Below, piece by piece: positions 17,640 to 29,814 of a stretch of DNA of 32,000 bases; positions within the stretch are counted from its first letter, which is position 1, and every line of letters begins with the position of its first letter. Made by a program: the position numbers and the translations under genes. The notes under the pieces were generated by a model. It was not told where the DNA came from. It saw only the letters and a program-made list of their open reading frames with translations, and searched no databases. The stretch is taken from the sequence record CM063639.1. One strand, 5' to 3'.

Positions 17640-18044
17640 TTAATTTGTAGATTTTTTTACAACCTGATATCTTGCTCGCGCTCGTTTAAAAACAAAATTT
17701 GCTTCTACTTTTTGTTTTTGTCCGTCAGCTTGATCTAATTGAGTTTTTGATTCATTAAAAGCATTTTCTGCTTGCTCAGCTTCAATAGTCTCACTAGATT
17801 CAGCTTCATTTACTAAAACTGTAATTTGATTTTGTTTTACTAAAGCAAAGCCACCCATTAATGCTAATGAAATCCAATTTGTTTTTGTTCTAATTAGCAT
17901 TACTCCAATATCTAATGCGGTAATTAATGGAGCATGATTTGATAATACTCCCATTTGACCTGTATTGGTCGGCAAAATAATTTCTTCAGCTTGATCATTC
18001 CAAAAAATACGATCAGGCGTCATAATGCAAACTTGTAAACTCAT
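17640..18044 (-). CDS. atpE: ATP synthase CF1 epsilon subunit
   Basis: 134 aa ORF with ATG start and TAA stop. The sequence ...IMTPDRIFW...AEEIILPTNTGQMGVLSNHAPLITALDIGVM.. and the helical C-terminus match the epsilon subunit. It lies downstream of atpB on the same strand. Confidence 0.95.
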   Translation of the reverse strand: MSLQVCIMTPDRIFWNDQAEEIILPTNTGQMGVLSNHAPLITALDIGVMLIRTKTNWISLALMGGFALVKQNQITVLVNEAESSETIEAEQAENAFNESKTQLDQADGQKQKVEANFVFKRARARYQVVKKSTN

Positions 18045-18167
18045 TGTTTTAATCTCTAAATAATTTAAAATTATAAGTAACTATCACATAAAAGAATTCA
18101 CAAAAACAATGTTTTTGTATACCTTCCTTTATCAAAAAATAAAGTTTTGCTGTATTTACACTTGGCT

Positions 18168-18191
18168 AATATTTCAATATTTCAATATTTC
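18168..18191. repeat. tandem repeat, 8 bp x 3 (aatatttc) inside one arm of a family G hairpin
   Basis: Units are 18168-18175, 18176-18183 and 18184-18191. Confidence 0.8.
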
Positions 18192-18361
18192 ATTTTTGTT
18201 GAAATATAAGCAAGCCTTGGTTAAACAAAACTTCTAGCAAAGCAAGCCTGAAGCTGGCTTTGTTGTATTTTTCACACAAATGTGTGAAAAATATTACAAA
18301 GGCCCGTTTGCTAATAAAAACTTTGTTTTTATAACAAAGTAACGGAACATACAACTTCCCG

Positions 18362-18522
18362 TTTGCTAATAAAAACTTCCAAACATACAACTTTGTTGTA
18401 TGTCAGGTTTTCTTCGAAAACGTTTTTATAACCTGTAAATAAAGCTTTGCTTTATTTACTGACAAGGCAACATACAACTTTGCCTTTGCTAGCAAAGGTT
18501 TGCTTTGCTAGTTGTATATCAG
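18362..18522 (+). repeat. 161 bp inverted repeat, left arm (composite L+C+F plus nested C/A)
   Basis: It is the reverse complement of 30842-31002 with a single mismatch (18518 a versus g). A degenerate extension of about 18 nt follows. Confidence 0.9.
18435..18459. repeat. SDR family F: 25 nt hairpin gtaaataaagc-ttt-gctttatttac
   Basis: Copies: 1169-1193, 1980-2003, 2035-2058, 10941-10965, 14042-14066, 18435-18459, 18595-18619, 29888-29912, 30905-30929. A degenerate copy is near 7013-7047. Confidence 0.88.
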
Positions 18523-18705
18523 ATTTTCTTAGAAAATATTGTATAGCAAATTTTCTTAGAAAACGTTTTGTCTTGCTTCAGGCTTGCTTTGCTCGTAAAT
18601 AAAGCTTTGCTTTATTTACTGACAAGAGTTCGAAGAACCTTTGAAAATTTGTACAAGTACAAACTTATTGCAAGCAAAGCTTTTTTTTAAAGCCTATAAA
18701 AAATT

Positions 18706-18749
18706 TTGCAATTTCCAACAAATTTGTATAAATTTGTTGGAAATTGCAA
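18706..18749 (-). terminator. atpB 3' UTR stem-loop (20 bp perfect stem, 4 nt loop)
   Basis: ttgcaatttccaacaaattt-gtat-aaatttgttggaaattgcaa lies about 78 nt downstream of the atpB stop. Confidence 0.6.
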
Positions 18750-18826
18750 GCTAAATTTAGTTTCTTACAACATTTAATTTTACTATAAAATAAGCAAGAC
18801 TTGTTTTTTTATAATAAAAAAATTTT

Positions 18827-20311
<1,485 letters not shown>

Positions 20312-21837
20312 TTAAAAATTAATAATATATGTGTTTTAACGTTTTCATTTTGTTTAGCCAACAAAATGATACATAAAAATGAAATTTTTGTGTGAAAATT
20401 TTTGTGTATTATTGACTTATATTTCAAACAAATTGAAATATTAGTCAATTACTTGTTTTTACTAGTAAAGGCTTGTCAATAAAAAAACAAAGTTTTTTTA
20501 GAGGATAGTCAATTAATTCATTGACCTCTTGGTTTGAAAAAACTCCGTTTTTTTTTAGGCTCGTCCCTGCAAAATTATCTTGTCAATAATTATATTTTTT
20601 AAGAAAATAAATAAATTTGGCTTTACTTGTATTTCATCACAGTTGAAATATTAGCAAAAAGAAAACAAGCTTTGCTTATTTTATTACAAACAAGTTTGCC
20701 TTTGTTCTACAAAACTCTGTTTTGTTTTATTTCTAGCCTATAAAAAAACTTTGTTTTTTTATAGGCTAGTATTTTTACAAATTTTTACTTGTAATGAAGT
20801 AACCCTTGGTCTGAAAAAACGGAGTTTTTTCTTAGGCTGCTCCCTGCGGATTAATAAAGTTTTGGTTTATTTCAAAGTCAAATATGTATTACTAAACATG
20901 TATTTAATAAAAAAATAAATACATAATATTGTAATTATTTTAGATTTGTTTAATTATATACGGAATATAAATATTTTATAACTAAATTTTTTATTTTTTC
21001 AAATGTGTGTGAAAAAACATGCGTTGTTTTTTAATTTAGTATTAATCTTATCAAATAAATTATATCATATTATTAATACATATTCAAATGAAGTAGTCGT
21101 ATTTCTTAATTGTCGGACTTACAAAAAAATTTTTCCGAAATAAATATTGTATACAATTTTTTTTTCAAAATGTTGTACTGTAGGTTGTTTTATTTATAAA
21201 ATTTTATTTTTCTCTATTGAACCTAAAATTTTTCAGAAAAAATGAAATACAAAAATACACAAAGATTTCATTTTTGTGTATTTATTAATCAACGAAATTG
21301 TATATTCGTTTTTGTGTTGCAAAGCAAAAAAACAAAATTTTTTTATAGGCTCCTTTGCTAATAAAAACGTTTTCGAAGAAAACCTGACATACAACTTTGT
21401 TGTATGTTTAGAAGTTTTTATAACAAAGCAAGGGGTACTTAAACACATTTTAAATTTGCTATTATGGCAATTTTGTTTAAATAAAAATTATATAATTAAA
21501 ATAAAAATCAAATTATTAACGAAATTTCATTATTAATTATTTGTAATTGAAATTTTTAAATCTTATATTGTAATTTTTTTTTTAATTGGTCGACTAGCAA
21601 AGGCAAGTCTATACTTTTACAAATTTTTTAATAGTATTAAAAACAAGTTCTAAATTTCTATTTTTTAGTAAAAAAAAGTTTTTTTTATATCATGGTATAA
21701 TTTTGTTTAGTTAAATAATGTAAAAAAATTTGTACAAATACAAACTTGTTGCAAACTTAAATTGTTTTCAAATGTTGTTCGAACTCTTAATAGTAATTCA
21801 ACTCCGTAGAACAAAACAAAGTTTTGTCTTACTATTA

Positions 21838-21926
21838 GCAAAGCAACGGTTCGGAGAACTTCTGAAAACAAGCTTTGCTTGTTTTCTTAGGGGCTTGTCA
21901 ATAAAAAACAAAGTTTTTTATAGGCT
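21838..21926 (+). repeat. about 89 nt composite (E+D), left arm of an imperfect inverted repeat flanking rbcL
   Basis: gcaaagcaacggttcggagaacttctgaaaacaagctttgcttgttttcttaggggcttgtcaataaaaaacaaagttttttataggct. Related copies are at 11800-11898 and 16655-16753. Confidence 0.85.
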
Positions 21927-22059
21927 AGTACTTATACATATTTTTTATTAATAAACTTTATTTTTTTTATTAAAAACTCACTAAAATAATTTTATTTTTT
22001 AGTGTGAAACGGGTAGATTATATGATCGTGACAATTTTTTGACAAATTTTGTAAAATAA

Positions 22060-23487
22060 ATGGCTCCACAAACTGAAACTAAAGCCGGTGCTGGCTTCAA
22101 AGCAGGTGTAAAAGATTACCGATTAACTTATTACACTCCAGATTATCAAGTAAAAGAAACTGATATTCTGGCAGCTTTCCGTATGACTCCTCAATCTGGT
22201 GTTCCAGCAGAGGAATGTGGTGCGGCGGTTGCAGCTGAATCTTCAACTGGTACTTGGACTACTGTATGGACAGACGGATTAACTAGTTTAGACAAATATA
22301 AAGGCCGTTGCTATGATATCGAACCTGTTGCAGGTGAAGATAATCAATATATTGCATATGTTGCATACCCTTTAGATTTATTTGAAGAAGGATCTGTAAC
22401 AAACTTATTTACATCTATTGTAGGAAACGTATTTGGTTTTAAAGCTCTTCGAGCACTACGTTTAGAAGATTTACGTATTCCACCAGCATACAGTAAAACT
22501 TTCCAAGGACCTCCTCATGGAATCCAAGTAGAACGTGACAAATTAAACAAATATGGTCGTGGTCTTTTAGGTTGTACAATTAAGCCTAAATTAGGTCTTT
22601 CAGCTAAAAACTATGGTCGTGCAGTTTATGAATGTTTACGTGGTGGTCTAGATTTCACGAAAGATGATGAAAATGTAAACTCTCAACCATTTATGCGTTG
22701 GAGAGACCGTTTCCTATTCGTAGCAGAAGCTATTTACAAATCTCAAGCTGAAACAGGCGAAATTAAAGGCCATTATTTAAATGCTACTGCTGGAACTTGT
22801 GACGAAATGATGAAACGTGCACAGCTGGCTAAAGATCTTGGTATGCCAATTGTTATGCATGATTACCTTACTGGTGGATTTACTGCAAACACAACTTTAT
22901 CACATTTTTGTCGTGATAATGGTTTATTACTTCACATCCACAGAGCGATGCATGCTGTAATTGACCGACAAAGAAACCATGGTATGCACTTCCGTGTTTT
23001 AGCAAAAGCTCTTCGTCTATCTGGTGGAGATCACCTTCATTCTGGAACTGTTGTAGGTAAATTAGAAGGTGAACGTGAAGTAACTTTAGGTTTCGTAGAT
23101 TTAATGCGTGATGATTATATTGAAAAAGATCGTAGCCGTGGTATTTATTTCACTCAAGATTGGGTATCTCTTCCTGGTGTAATGCCAGTAGCTTCAGGTG
23201 GTATTCATGTATGGCACATGCCAGCTTTAGTAGAAATTTTTGGTGATGATGCTTGTTTACAATTTGGTGGTGGTACTTTAGGTCACCCTTGGGGTAACGC
23301 ACCAGGTGCAGCTGCAAACCGTGTAGCATTAGAAGCTTGTACACAAGCTCGTAATGAAGGACGTGATCTTGCTCGTGAAGGTGGAGATGTTATCCGTGCT
23401 GCTTGCAAATGGAGTCCTGAATTAGCTGCTGCATGTGAAGTTTGGAAAGAAATTAAATTTGAATTTGATACTATTGATAAACTATAA
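22060..23487 (+). CDS. rbcL: RuBisCO large subunit, green-type form I
   Basis: 475 aa ORF with ATG start and TAA stop. It begins [29 protein letters not shown] and contains the active-site block [19 protein letters not shown]. No rbcS follows it. Confidence 0.99.
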   Translation: MAPQTETKAGAGFKAGVKDYRLTYYTPDYQVKETDILAAFRMTPQSGVPAEECGAAVAAESSTGTWTTVWTDGLTSLDKYKGRCYDIEPVAGEDNQYIAYVAYPLDLFEEGSVTNLFTSIVGNVFGFKALRALRLEDLRIPPAYSKTFQGPPHGIQVERDKLNKYGRGLLGCTIKPKLGLSAKNYGRAVYECLRGGLDFTKDDENVNSQPFMRWRDRFLFVAEAIYKSQAETGEIKGHYLNATAGTCDEMMKRAQLAKDLGMPIVMHDYLTGGFTANTTLSHFCRDNGLLLHIHRAMHAVIDRQRNHGMHFRVLAKALRLSGGDHLHSGTVVGKLEGEREVTLGFVDLMRDDYIEKDRSRGIYFTQDWVSLPGVMPVASGGIHVWHMPALVEIFGDDACLQFGGGTLGHPWGNAPGAAANRVALEACTQARNEGRDLAREGGDVIRAACKWSPELAAACEVWKEIKFEFDTIDKL

Positions 23488-23557
23488 TTTTCATTTCATT
23501 ATTAAATTTTTTCAAATTTACTTGTACTAATTCAATTACAAATAAAATCTAATTTTC

Positions 23558-23604
23558 AATTTATACAACTACAAACTTGTTGCAAGTTTGTAGTTGTATA
23601 AATT
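23558..23604 (+). terminator. rbcL 3' UTR stem-loop (22 bp perfect stem, 3 nt loop); likely an RNA 3'-end processing or stability element
   Basis: aatttatacaactacaaacttg-ttg-caagtttgtagttgtataaatt lies 70 nt after the rbcL stop. I did not see the full sequence elsewhere in the window. Confidence 0.7.
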
Positions 23605-24008
23605 GTTTTTTAATTTTTAAAGTAGAATTCTAATATATTAGAAAAAGTTTTTTCATATTTTAACATCATATCAAATTTTCATTGTAAATAGATTACAAAT
23701 ACTATTTTGTAGTAAAATAACTATTATTAAAAATAGGAGCTATAATGCGCAAATTTATCTAGAAAAAAAGTATAAAATACTTATAAAACTATAAGTATTT
23801 TAGGAATATATGTTTTATAATATAAAATTATAATTTAATAAGATTGTTTAAAAAAATAATCAAATATTTAAAATACTATTTATTTAAACTATAAAATGCA
23901 AAACCTATGACATATGTAGAAAATTAATTATTTATACATTCATTGACTAATATTTTAACTTTGTTTAAATATAAGTCAATAAGTTGGTTGGCAATTTATA
24001 CAAGTACG

Positions 24009-24098
24009 AGCCTATAAAAAACAGGATTTTTTTATTGACAAGCCCCTAAGAAAACAAGCTTTGCTTGTTTTCAGAAGTTCTCCGAACCGTTGCTTTGC
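24009..24098 (-). repeat. about 90 nt composite (E+D), right arm of the inverted repeat flanking rbcL
   Basis: The reverse complement matches 21838-21926 except that the E triloop is flipped and the D loop is replaced (atcctg versus caaag). Confidence 0.85.
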
Positions 24099-24127
24099 TT
24101 ATATTTCAACAAAGTTGAAATATTAGC
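24097..24127. repeat. SDR family G: about 31 nt hairpin gcttatatttcaac-aaa-gttgaaatattagc
   Basis: Copies: 12314-12344, 15550-15580, 24097-24127. Variants: 15845-15877, 20411-20449, 23942-23980, 18165-18210. A form with the arms split by about 19 nt is at 14115-14171. Confidence 0.8.
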
Positions 24128-24184
24128 AAAGGGCAGTAAGATAAAACTTCGTTTTATCCAACAAAGGCAATTTGTACAAATAAA

Positions 24185-24240
24185 GTTGACTAATCTTTGT
24201 GTTGTCAATAAATGAATTGGCAACACAAAGATTAGTCAAC
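24185..24240 (-). terminator. second psaB 3' stem-loop (20 bp perfect stem, 16 nt loop)
   Basis: gttgactaatctttgtgttg-tcaataaatgaattgg-caacacaaagattagtcaac. Confidence 0.6.
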
Positions 24241-24252
24241 GATTGTAACATT

Positions 24253-24284
24253 TATTTATTTAAACTATATAGTTTAAATAAATA
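24253..24284 (-). terminator. psaB 3' UTR palindrome (16 nt arms, almost pure A/T)
   Basis: Bases 24253-24268 pair perfectly with 24269-24284 (tatttatttaaactat|atagtttaaataaata). It lies 15 nt downstream of the psaB stop. Confidence 0.5.
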
Positions 24285-24298
24285 TTAATTTAATTTCT

Positions 24299-26503
24299 TT
24301 ATCCAAATTTACCTGAAGTAGAAGCAATTAAGAAAGCTGCATATGTGAAAATATATCCAACTGAAAAATGTGCTAACCCAACTAATCGAGCTTGCACAAT
24401 ACTTAAAGCTACAGGTTTGTCTCTCCATCCAACTAAATTAGCTAATGGTGTATGCTCATGAGCCCATGCTAATGTTTCAATAAGTTCTTGCCAATATCCG
24501 CGCCAACTAATTAAAAACATAAATCCAGTTGCCCATACAAGATGGCCAAATAAAAATGTCCAAGCCCAAACAGATAAACTGTTCATACCAAATGGATTAT
24601 ACCCGTTAATTAACTGTGATGAATTTAACCATAAATAATCTCGTAACCAACCCATAATATATGTGCTGCTTTCATTAAATTGATTGACATTTCCTTGCCA
24701 AATACCAAGATGTTTCCAATGCCAATAGAATGTTGTCCATCCTATAGTATTTAACATCCAAAAAACAGCAAGGTAAAAAGCATCCCATGCAGAAATATCA
24801 CATGTTCCACCACGTCCTGGACCATCACATGGAAAACTATATCCAAAATCTTTTTTATCTGGCATAAGTTTTGAACCACGTGCATCTAAAGCTCCTTTTA
24901 CTAAAATTAGCGTTGTAGTATGAAGACCAAGAGCAATTGCATGGTGCACAAGAAAATCACCAGGACCAATAGTTAAAAATAGTGAATTAGTATTATTATT
25001 AATTGCATCTAGCCATCCAGGTAACCACAAACTCTGACTTGCAGTGAAAGCAGGACTTGCTGATGATGATAATAATAAATCAAAGCCGTAAAGTGTTTTT
25101 CCATGAGCAGCTTGAATCCATTGTGCAAATACTGGCTCAATTAAAATTTGTTTTTCAGGAGTTCCAAAAGCTTGAACAACATCATTATGAACATATAGAC
25201 CTAGCGTATGAAATCCTAAAAATAAAGAAACCCAACTTAAATGAGAAATTATAGCTTCTTTATGATCTAAAATTCTAGCTAAAACATTACCTTTATTTTG
25301 TTCAGGATCATAATCTCGAATAAAAAAAATAGCTCCATGAGCAAAAGCCCCACATAAAATAAATCCAGCAATATATTGGTGATGTGTATATAAAGCTGCT
25401 TGCGCGGTAAAATCTTGAGCTAAAAAAGCATATGGTGATAATGAATACATATGTTGAGCTACTAATGAACAAATTGTTCCAACAGCAGCTAAAGCTAATC
25501 CTAATTGAAAATGTAATGAATTATTAAGAGTATCAAATAATCCTTTATGCCCAGCACCAAGACCTCCTGCAGGTGGTGTGTGTGCATCCAAAATTTCTTG
25601 GATACTGTGTCCAATACCGAAATTTGTTCGATACATATGACCTGCTACAATAAATACAACGGCAATAGCTAAATGATGATGTGCAATATCCGTTAACCAA
25701 AGACTTTGAGTTTGTGGATGAAATCCTCCTAAAAAAGTTAAGATAGCATCTCCCGATCCATCAGATTTACTGAAAAGGTGACTTGCTGTATCAGGATTTT
25801 GAGCATATGCAGCCCAATTTCCTGTAAAAAAAGGAGTTAACCCTTGTGGATGTGGTAATGTTGTTAAAAAATTATTCCATCGAACATGATGACCACGAGA
25901 TTCAGGAATTGCAACATGTACTAAATGTCCAGTCCAAGCTAAAGAACTTACACCAAACAGTCCAGCTAAATGATGATTAAGTCTTGATTCAGCATTTTTA
26001 AACCATGATAGTGAAGGTTGGAATTTTGGTTGTAAATGAAGCCAACCAGCAAATAAAAATACTGCAGACCCAATAATAAGAAATAAAGAACCATTATATA
26101 AATCTTGATTAGTTCTTAACCCAATAGTATACCACCATTGATATACACCAGAAGTAGAAATATTTACTGGACCACTTGCTCCTCCACGTGTAAAAGCTTC
26201 AACAGCTGGTTGACCGAAATGTGGATCCCAAATAGCATGTGCAATTGGTCTAACATGTAAAGGATCTTGTACCCAAGGTTCAAAATTACCTTGCCAAGCA
26301 ACATGAAAAAGATTTCCTGATGTCCACAAGAAAATAATTGCTAATTGTCCGAAATGAGATGCAAAAATCTTTTGGTAAAGATTTTCTTCAGTTATACCAT
26401 CATGACTCTCAAAATCATGCGCAGTTGCAATTCCATACCAAATTCGACGAGTAGTAGGATCTTGTGCCAAACCTTGGCTAAATTTTGGAAACTTTGTTGC
26501 CAT
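24299..26503 (-). CDS. psaB: photosystem I P700 apoprotein A2
   Basis: 734 aa ORF with ATG start and TAA stop. It begins [35 protein letters not shown] and has the Fx cluster loop [18 protein letters not shown]. Confidence 0.99.
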   Translation of the reverse strand: MATKFPKFSQGLAQDPTTRRIWYGIATAHDFESHDGITEENLYQKIFASHFGQLAIIFLWTSGNLFHVAWQGNFEPWVQDPLHVRPIAHAIWDPHFGQPAVEAFTRGGASGPVNISTSGVYQWWYTIGLRTNQDLYNGSLFLIIGSAVFLFAGWLHLQPKFQPSLSWFKNAESRLNHHLAGLFGVSSLAWTGHLVHVAIPESRGHHVRWNNFLTTLPHPQGLTPFFTGNWAAYAQNPDTASHLFSKSDGSGDAILTFLGGFHPQTQSLWLTDIAHHHLAIAVVFIVAGHMYRTNFGIGHSIQEILDAHTPPAGGLGAGHKGLFDTLNNSLHFQLGLALAAVGTICSLVAQHMYSLSPYAFLAQDFTAQAALYTHHQYIAGFILCGAFAHGAIFFIRDYDPEQNKGNVLARILDHKEAIISHLSWVSLFLGFHTLGLYVHNDVVQAFGTPEKQILIEPVFAQWIQAAHGKTLYGFDLLLSSSASPAFTASQSLWLPGWLDAINNNTNSLFLTIGPGDFLVHHAIALGLHTTTLILVKGALDARGSKLMPDKKDFGYSFPCDGPGRGGTCDISAWDAFYLAVFWMLNTIGWTTFYWHWKHLGIWQGNVNQFNESSTYIMGWLRDYLWLNSSQLINGYNPFGMNSLSVWAWTFLFGHLVWATGFMFLISWRGYWQELIETLAWAHEHTPLANLVGWRDKPVALSIVQARLVGLAHFSVGYIFTYAAFLIASTSGKFG

Positions 26504-26516
26504 AATTTTTTGGAAA

Positions 26517-26522
26517 TCCTCC
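26517..26522 (-). promoter_or_regulatory. Shine-Dalgarno-like GGAGGA 13 nt upstream of the psaB ATG
   Basis: The reverse complement reads acGGAGGAtttccaaaaaattATG. The spacing is longer than optimal. Confidence 0.3.
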
Positions 26523-27014
26523 GTTTTTTGCTTATAAATTTTACTTTTTTATCTACTTATTACTCTTTATTTAACTTTATTTAGTTTAATAGTAGATGAC
26601 TTTTTAAGAAAATAATCTTTGTTTGTTTTTGTAGAACAAAGTAAAATGAAGAAAAAAGATAATTTTTTCTGCTCATGAAATTGTCTTTAAAAACATTTGG
26701 GTAAATAGATTTTATCATTATTTAAATAATTCGCAACAAGTTTGCCTTTGTAAGACAAAACGAAGTTTTGTGTTACAAACATTTGTTAGTATAAAAACAA
26801 AGTTTTTATAGGCTTTTTTGCCTTGCAAAGCAAGGGGTACTTGTACAAATTTTGAGCAAAATATTTGAAAAATTTCTATTTTTATACTAATAACTTTTTG
26901 GCCAATTTTTTAGCAAAGAAAATTTGTATAAGTATTAGCAAAAGTCGATTTTTTGCAAGTAAAGTTTTTTTTTGTTTGCTATTATTTTAACTTTGTTAAA
27001 ATAGTAGCAAATGA

Positions 27015-27057
27015 TTAGCAAATTTAATACAAACTAAATTTGTATTAAATTTGCTAA
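27015..27057. repeat. unique hairpin in the psaA-psaB spacer (19 bp stem, 5 nt loop)
   Basis: ttagcaaatttaatacaaa-ctaaa-tttgtattaaatttgctaa. Confidence 0.7.
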
Positions 27058-27215
27058 CCTTACTTTATTAAACCATTGTTGAAATAGCAAAAGCAAAACA
27101 AAGTTTTATTTTACTGCAAGCTTGCTTTACTAAAAGAATTTGTATGTTTAATTTATACAAATTGAAATTTTGCAAAGACGAGCCCCCCGTTGCTTGGCTT
27201 ATATTTCAACTTTGT

Positions 27216-27306
27216 CCCTTGCTTTGTTATAAAAACTTCCAAACATACAACTTTGTTGTATGTCAGGTTTTCTTCGAAAACGTTTTTATTAGCAAACGGA
27301 AATATT
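27216..27306 (+). repeat. 91 bp perfect direct repeat, copy 1 (34 nt downstream of the psaA stop)
   Basis: cccttgctttgttataaaaacttccaaacatacaactttgttgtatgtcaggttttcttcgaaaacgtttttattagcaaacggaaatat is identical to 29678-29768. Confidence 0.92.
27236..27286 (+). repeat. SDR family C: about 51 nt, cttccaaacatacaac-ttt-gttgtatgtcagg + ttttcttcgaaaacgtttt (two adjacent hairpins)
   Basis: Forward copies: 3958-4009, 15677-15727, 18376-18426, 27236-27286, 29698-29748, 29829-29879. Reverse copies: 1079-1129, 1202-1252, 21364-21414, 30937-30988. An interrupted copy is at 30822-30895. Confidence 0.9.
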
Positions 27307-27339
27307 AGCAAACGGCCAAGGGGTGTATGTCAATAAAAT

Positions 27340-29595
27340 TTAGCCCACTGCGATAATTCTTGCTAAAAAGAACGCCCAAGTAGTTCCAATACCTCCTAAT
27401 AAATAGTGCGCTACACCAACTGCACGACCTTGAGTAATACTTAAAGCTCGTGGCTGTATTGCAGGAGCTACTTTTAATTTATTATGAGCCCAAATAATTG
27501 ATTCAATAAGTTCTTGCCAATAACCACGACCACTGAATAAAAACATTAAACTAAAAGCCCAAACAAAGTGTGCTCCTAAGAAAATTAATCCGTAGGCAGA
27601 TAATGCTGAACCATAAGATTGAATAACTTGTGAAGATTGTGCCCATAAGAAATCACGTAACCAACCATTAATAGTATTAGCACTTTGAGCAAAATTCCCA
27701 CCTGTAATATGAGAAACACCAGAAGCATTTACTGTCCCCCACACATCAGATTGCATTTTCCAACTAAAATGGAAAATTGCGATTGATAATGCATTATACA
27801 TCCAAAAAAGACCTAAGAAAACATGATCCCAAGCTGATACTTGACAAGTACCACCTCGACCTGGGCCGTCACATGGAAAACGGAATCCTAAATTTGCTTT
27901 GTCGGGGATTAAACGAGAACTACGAGCATAAAGTACTCCTTTTAATAAAATTAAAACTGTCACATGAATTGTAAAAGCATGAATATGATGTACTAAGAAA
28001 TCTGCTGTCCCTAAAGAGATAGGCATCATTGCTACTTTCCCACTTACAGCAACAACATCTCCACCCCAAGTAAGACTTGTTGCGTTTAAAGCGTTCGGAG
28101 CTGTTAATTGAGGTGCTAAAAAATGTGTATTTTGAACCCATTGCGCAAATATAGGTTGTAATTGAATTGCTGTATCAGAAAACATATCTTGTGGACGTCC
28201 TAAAGCACTCATAGTATCATTATGAATATATAGACCAAAACTATGGAAGCCAAGGAAAATACAAACCCAATTTAAATGAGAAATAATAGCATCTCTATGT
28301 CGAATAACTCGATCTAAAAGGTTATTGTAATTATTTGTTGGATCATAATCTCTTACCATAAATATAGCAGCATGAGCACCCGCACCAACAATACAGAATC
28401 CGCCAATCCAAGTATGATGGGTAAAAATAGAAAGCTGTGTTGCATAATCCGTAGCCAAATAAGGATAAGGAGGCATACTGTACATATGATGAGCTACAAT
28501 AATTGATAATGAACCAAATAATGCTAAATTAATAGCTAGTTGCGCATGCCATGAAGTTGTAAGAATTTCATATAAACCTTTATGACCTTCACCTGTAAAA
28601 GGACCTTTGTGAGCTTCTAAAATAGATTTTATACTATGTCCAATTCCCCAATTAGTGCGGTACATATGCCCTGCTACTAAAAATAATACAGCAATTGCTA
28701 AATGATGATGAGCAGTATCAGTTAACCATAAACCACCAGTTACAGGATTTAAGCCTCCTTTAAAAGTTAAAAAATCGCTGTATTCATTCCAGTTAATAGT
28801 AAAAAAAGGAGTAAGTCCTTTGGCGAAGCTTGGATAAAGTTGAGTTATTAACTCACGGTTTAATAAAAATTCATGTGGCAATGGAATTTCTTTTGGGTCA
28901 ACACCTGCATCTAATAATTTATTAATAGGTAGAGAAACATGAATTTGATGTCCTGCCCACCCTAAACTTCCTAAACCTAAAAGTCCTGCTAAGTGATGAT
29001 TCAACATTGATTCTACGTTTTGAAACCATTCTAATTTTGGTGCAGCTTTATGATAATGAAACCACCCAGCAAAAAACATAGCACTTGCTAATACTAATCC
29101 ACCAATAGCAGTGCTGTAAAGTTGTAATTCACTTGTAATTCCACTTGCTCTCCAAAGTTGAAAAAAACCTGAAGTAATTTGAATTCCTTGAAAACCTCCT
29201 CCAACATCACCATTTAAAATTTCTTGACCCACAATTGGCCAAACTACTTGTGCACTTGGTTTAATATGAGTAGGGTCACTTAGCCAAGCTTCATAATTAG
29301 AAAAACGAGCGCCATGAAAATACATTCCACTAAGCCAAATCAATATAATACCTAATTGACCAAAATGAGCACTGAATACTTTTCTTGAAATTTCTTCAAG
29401 ATCACTTGTATGACTATCAAAATCATGTGCATCAGCATGTAAATTCCAAATCCAAGTTGTAGTAGTTGGTCCTTTAGATAAAGTTCTAGAAAAGTGTCCT
29501 GGTTTAGCCCATTTTTCAAAACTTGTTTCAACTGGATTTCGATCTACTACAATTTTCACCTTTTTAAATTGTGGTTCTGGTGGACTAATTGTCAT
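27340..29595 (-). CDS. psaA: photosystem I P700 apoprotein A1 (single contiguous exon)
   Basis: 751 aa ORF with ATG start and TAA stop. It contains [16 protein letters not shown] and the Fx loop [18 protein letters not shown]. It lies upstream of psaB on the same strand. Confidence 0.99.
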   Translation of the reverse strand: MTISPPEPQFKKVKIVVDRNPVETSFEKWAKPGHFSRTLSKGPTTTTWIWNLHADAHDFDSHTSDLEEISRKVFSAHFGQLGIILIWLSGMYFHGARFSNYEAWLSDPTHIKPSAQVVWPIVGQEILNGDVGGGFQGIQITSGFFQLWRASGITSELQLYSTAIGGLVLASAMFFAGWFHYHKAAPKLEWFQNVESMLNHHLAGLLGLGSLGWAGHQIHVSLPINKLLDAGVDPKEIPLPHEFLLNRELITQLYPSFAKGLTPFFTINWNEYSDFLTFKGGLNPVTGGLWLTDTAHHHLAIAVLFLVAGHMYRTNWGIGHSIKSILEAHKGPFTGEGHKGLYEILTTSWHAQLAINLALFGSLSIIVAHHMYSMPPYPYLATDYATQLSIFTHHTWIGGFCIVGAGAHAAIFMVRDYDPTNNYNNLLDRVIRHRDAIISHLNWVCIFLGFHSFGLYIHNDTMSALGRPQDMFSDTAIQLQPIFAQWVQNTHFLAPQLTAPNALNATSLTWGGDVVAVSGKVAMMPISLGTADFLVHHIHAFTIHVTVLILLKGVLYARSSRLIPDKANLGFRFPCDGPGRGGTCQVSAWDHVFLGLFWMYNALSIAIFHFSWKMQSDVWGTVNASGVSHITGGNFAQSANTINGWLRDFLWAQSSQVIQSYGSALSAYGLIFLGAHFVWAFSLMFLFSGRGYWQELIESIIWAHNKLKVAPAIQPRALSITQGRAVGVAHYLLGGIGTTWAFFLARIIAVG

Positions 29596-29602
29596 CGAAT
29601 TT

Positions 29603-29607
29603 CTCCT
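29603..29607 (-). promoter_or_regulatory. Shine-Dalgarno-like AGGAG 7 nt upstream of the psaA ATG
   Basis: The reverse complement of 29593-29612 reads ttttAGGAGaaattcgATG. Confidence 0.45.
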
Positions 29608-29677
29608 AAAATACTCTATATTTTTTAATTTTTATTTATATTTAAATAATATAAACTTTTCTTTGCTAATATTTTAT

Positions 29678-29768
29678 CCCTTGCTTTGTTATAAAAACTT
29701 CCAAACATACAACTTTGTTGTATGTCAGGTTTTCTTCGAAAACGTTTTTATTAGCAAACGGAAATATA
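29678..29768 (+). repeat. 91 bp perfect direct repeat, copy 2 (83 nt upstream of the psaA ATG)
   Basis: Identical to 27216-27306. The next base differs (a versus t), then agca matches again. Confidence 0.92.
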
Positions 29769-29814
29769 AGCAAAGCAGCGGTACAAGTTTGCTTTTGTTC
29801 CACAAAACTTTCCG

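Noticed and set aside
22039-22044. TTGACA hexamer just upstream of rbcL as a -35 promoter box.
   Set aside because: It lies only 15 nt before the ATG with no room for a -10 box and 5' UTR. In DNA this AT-rich, hexamer matches are common. I could not support any promoter call for rbcL from sequence alone.
22060-29595. Looked for group I/II introns, trans-splicing or frameshifts in rbcL, psaA, psaB, atpB, tufA and rps12.
   Set aside because: All are single uninterrupted ORFs of normal length with conserved ends, so there is nothing to report.
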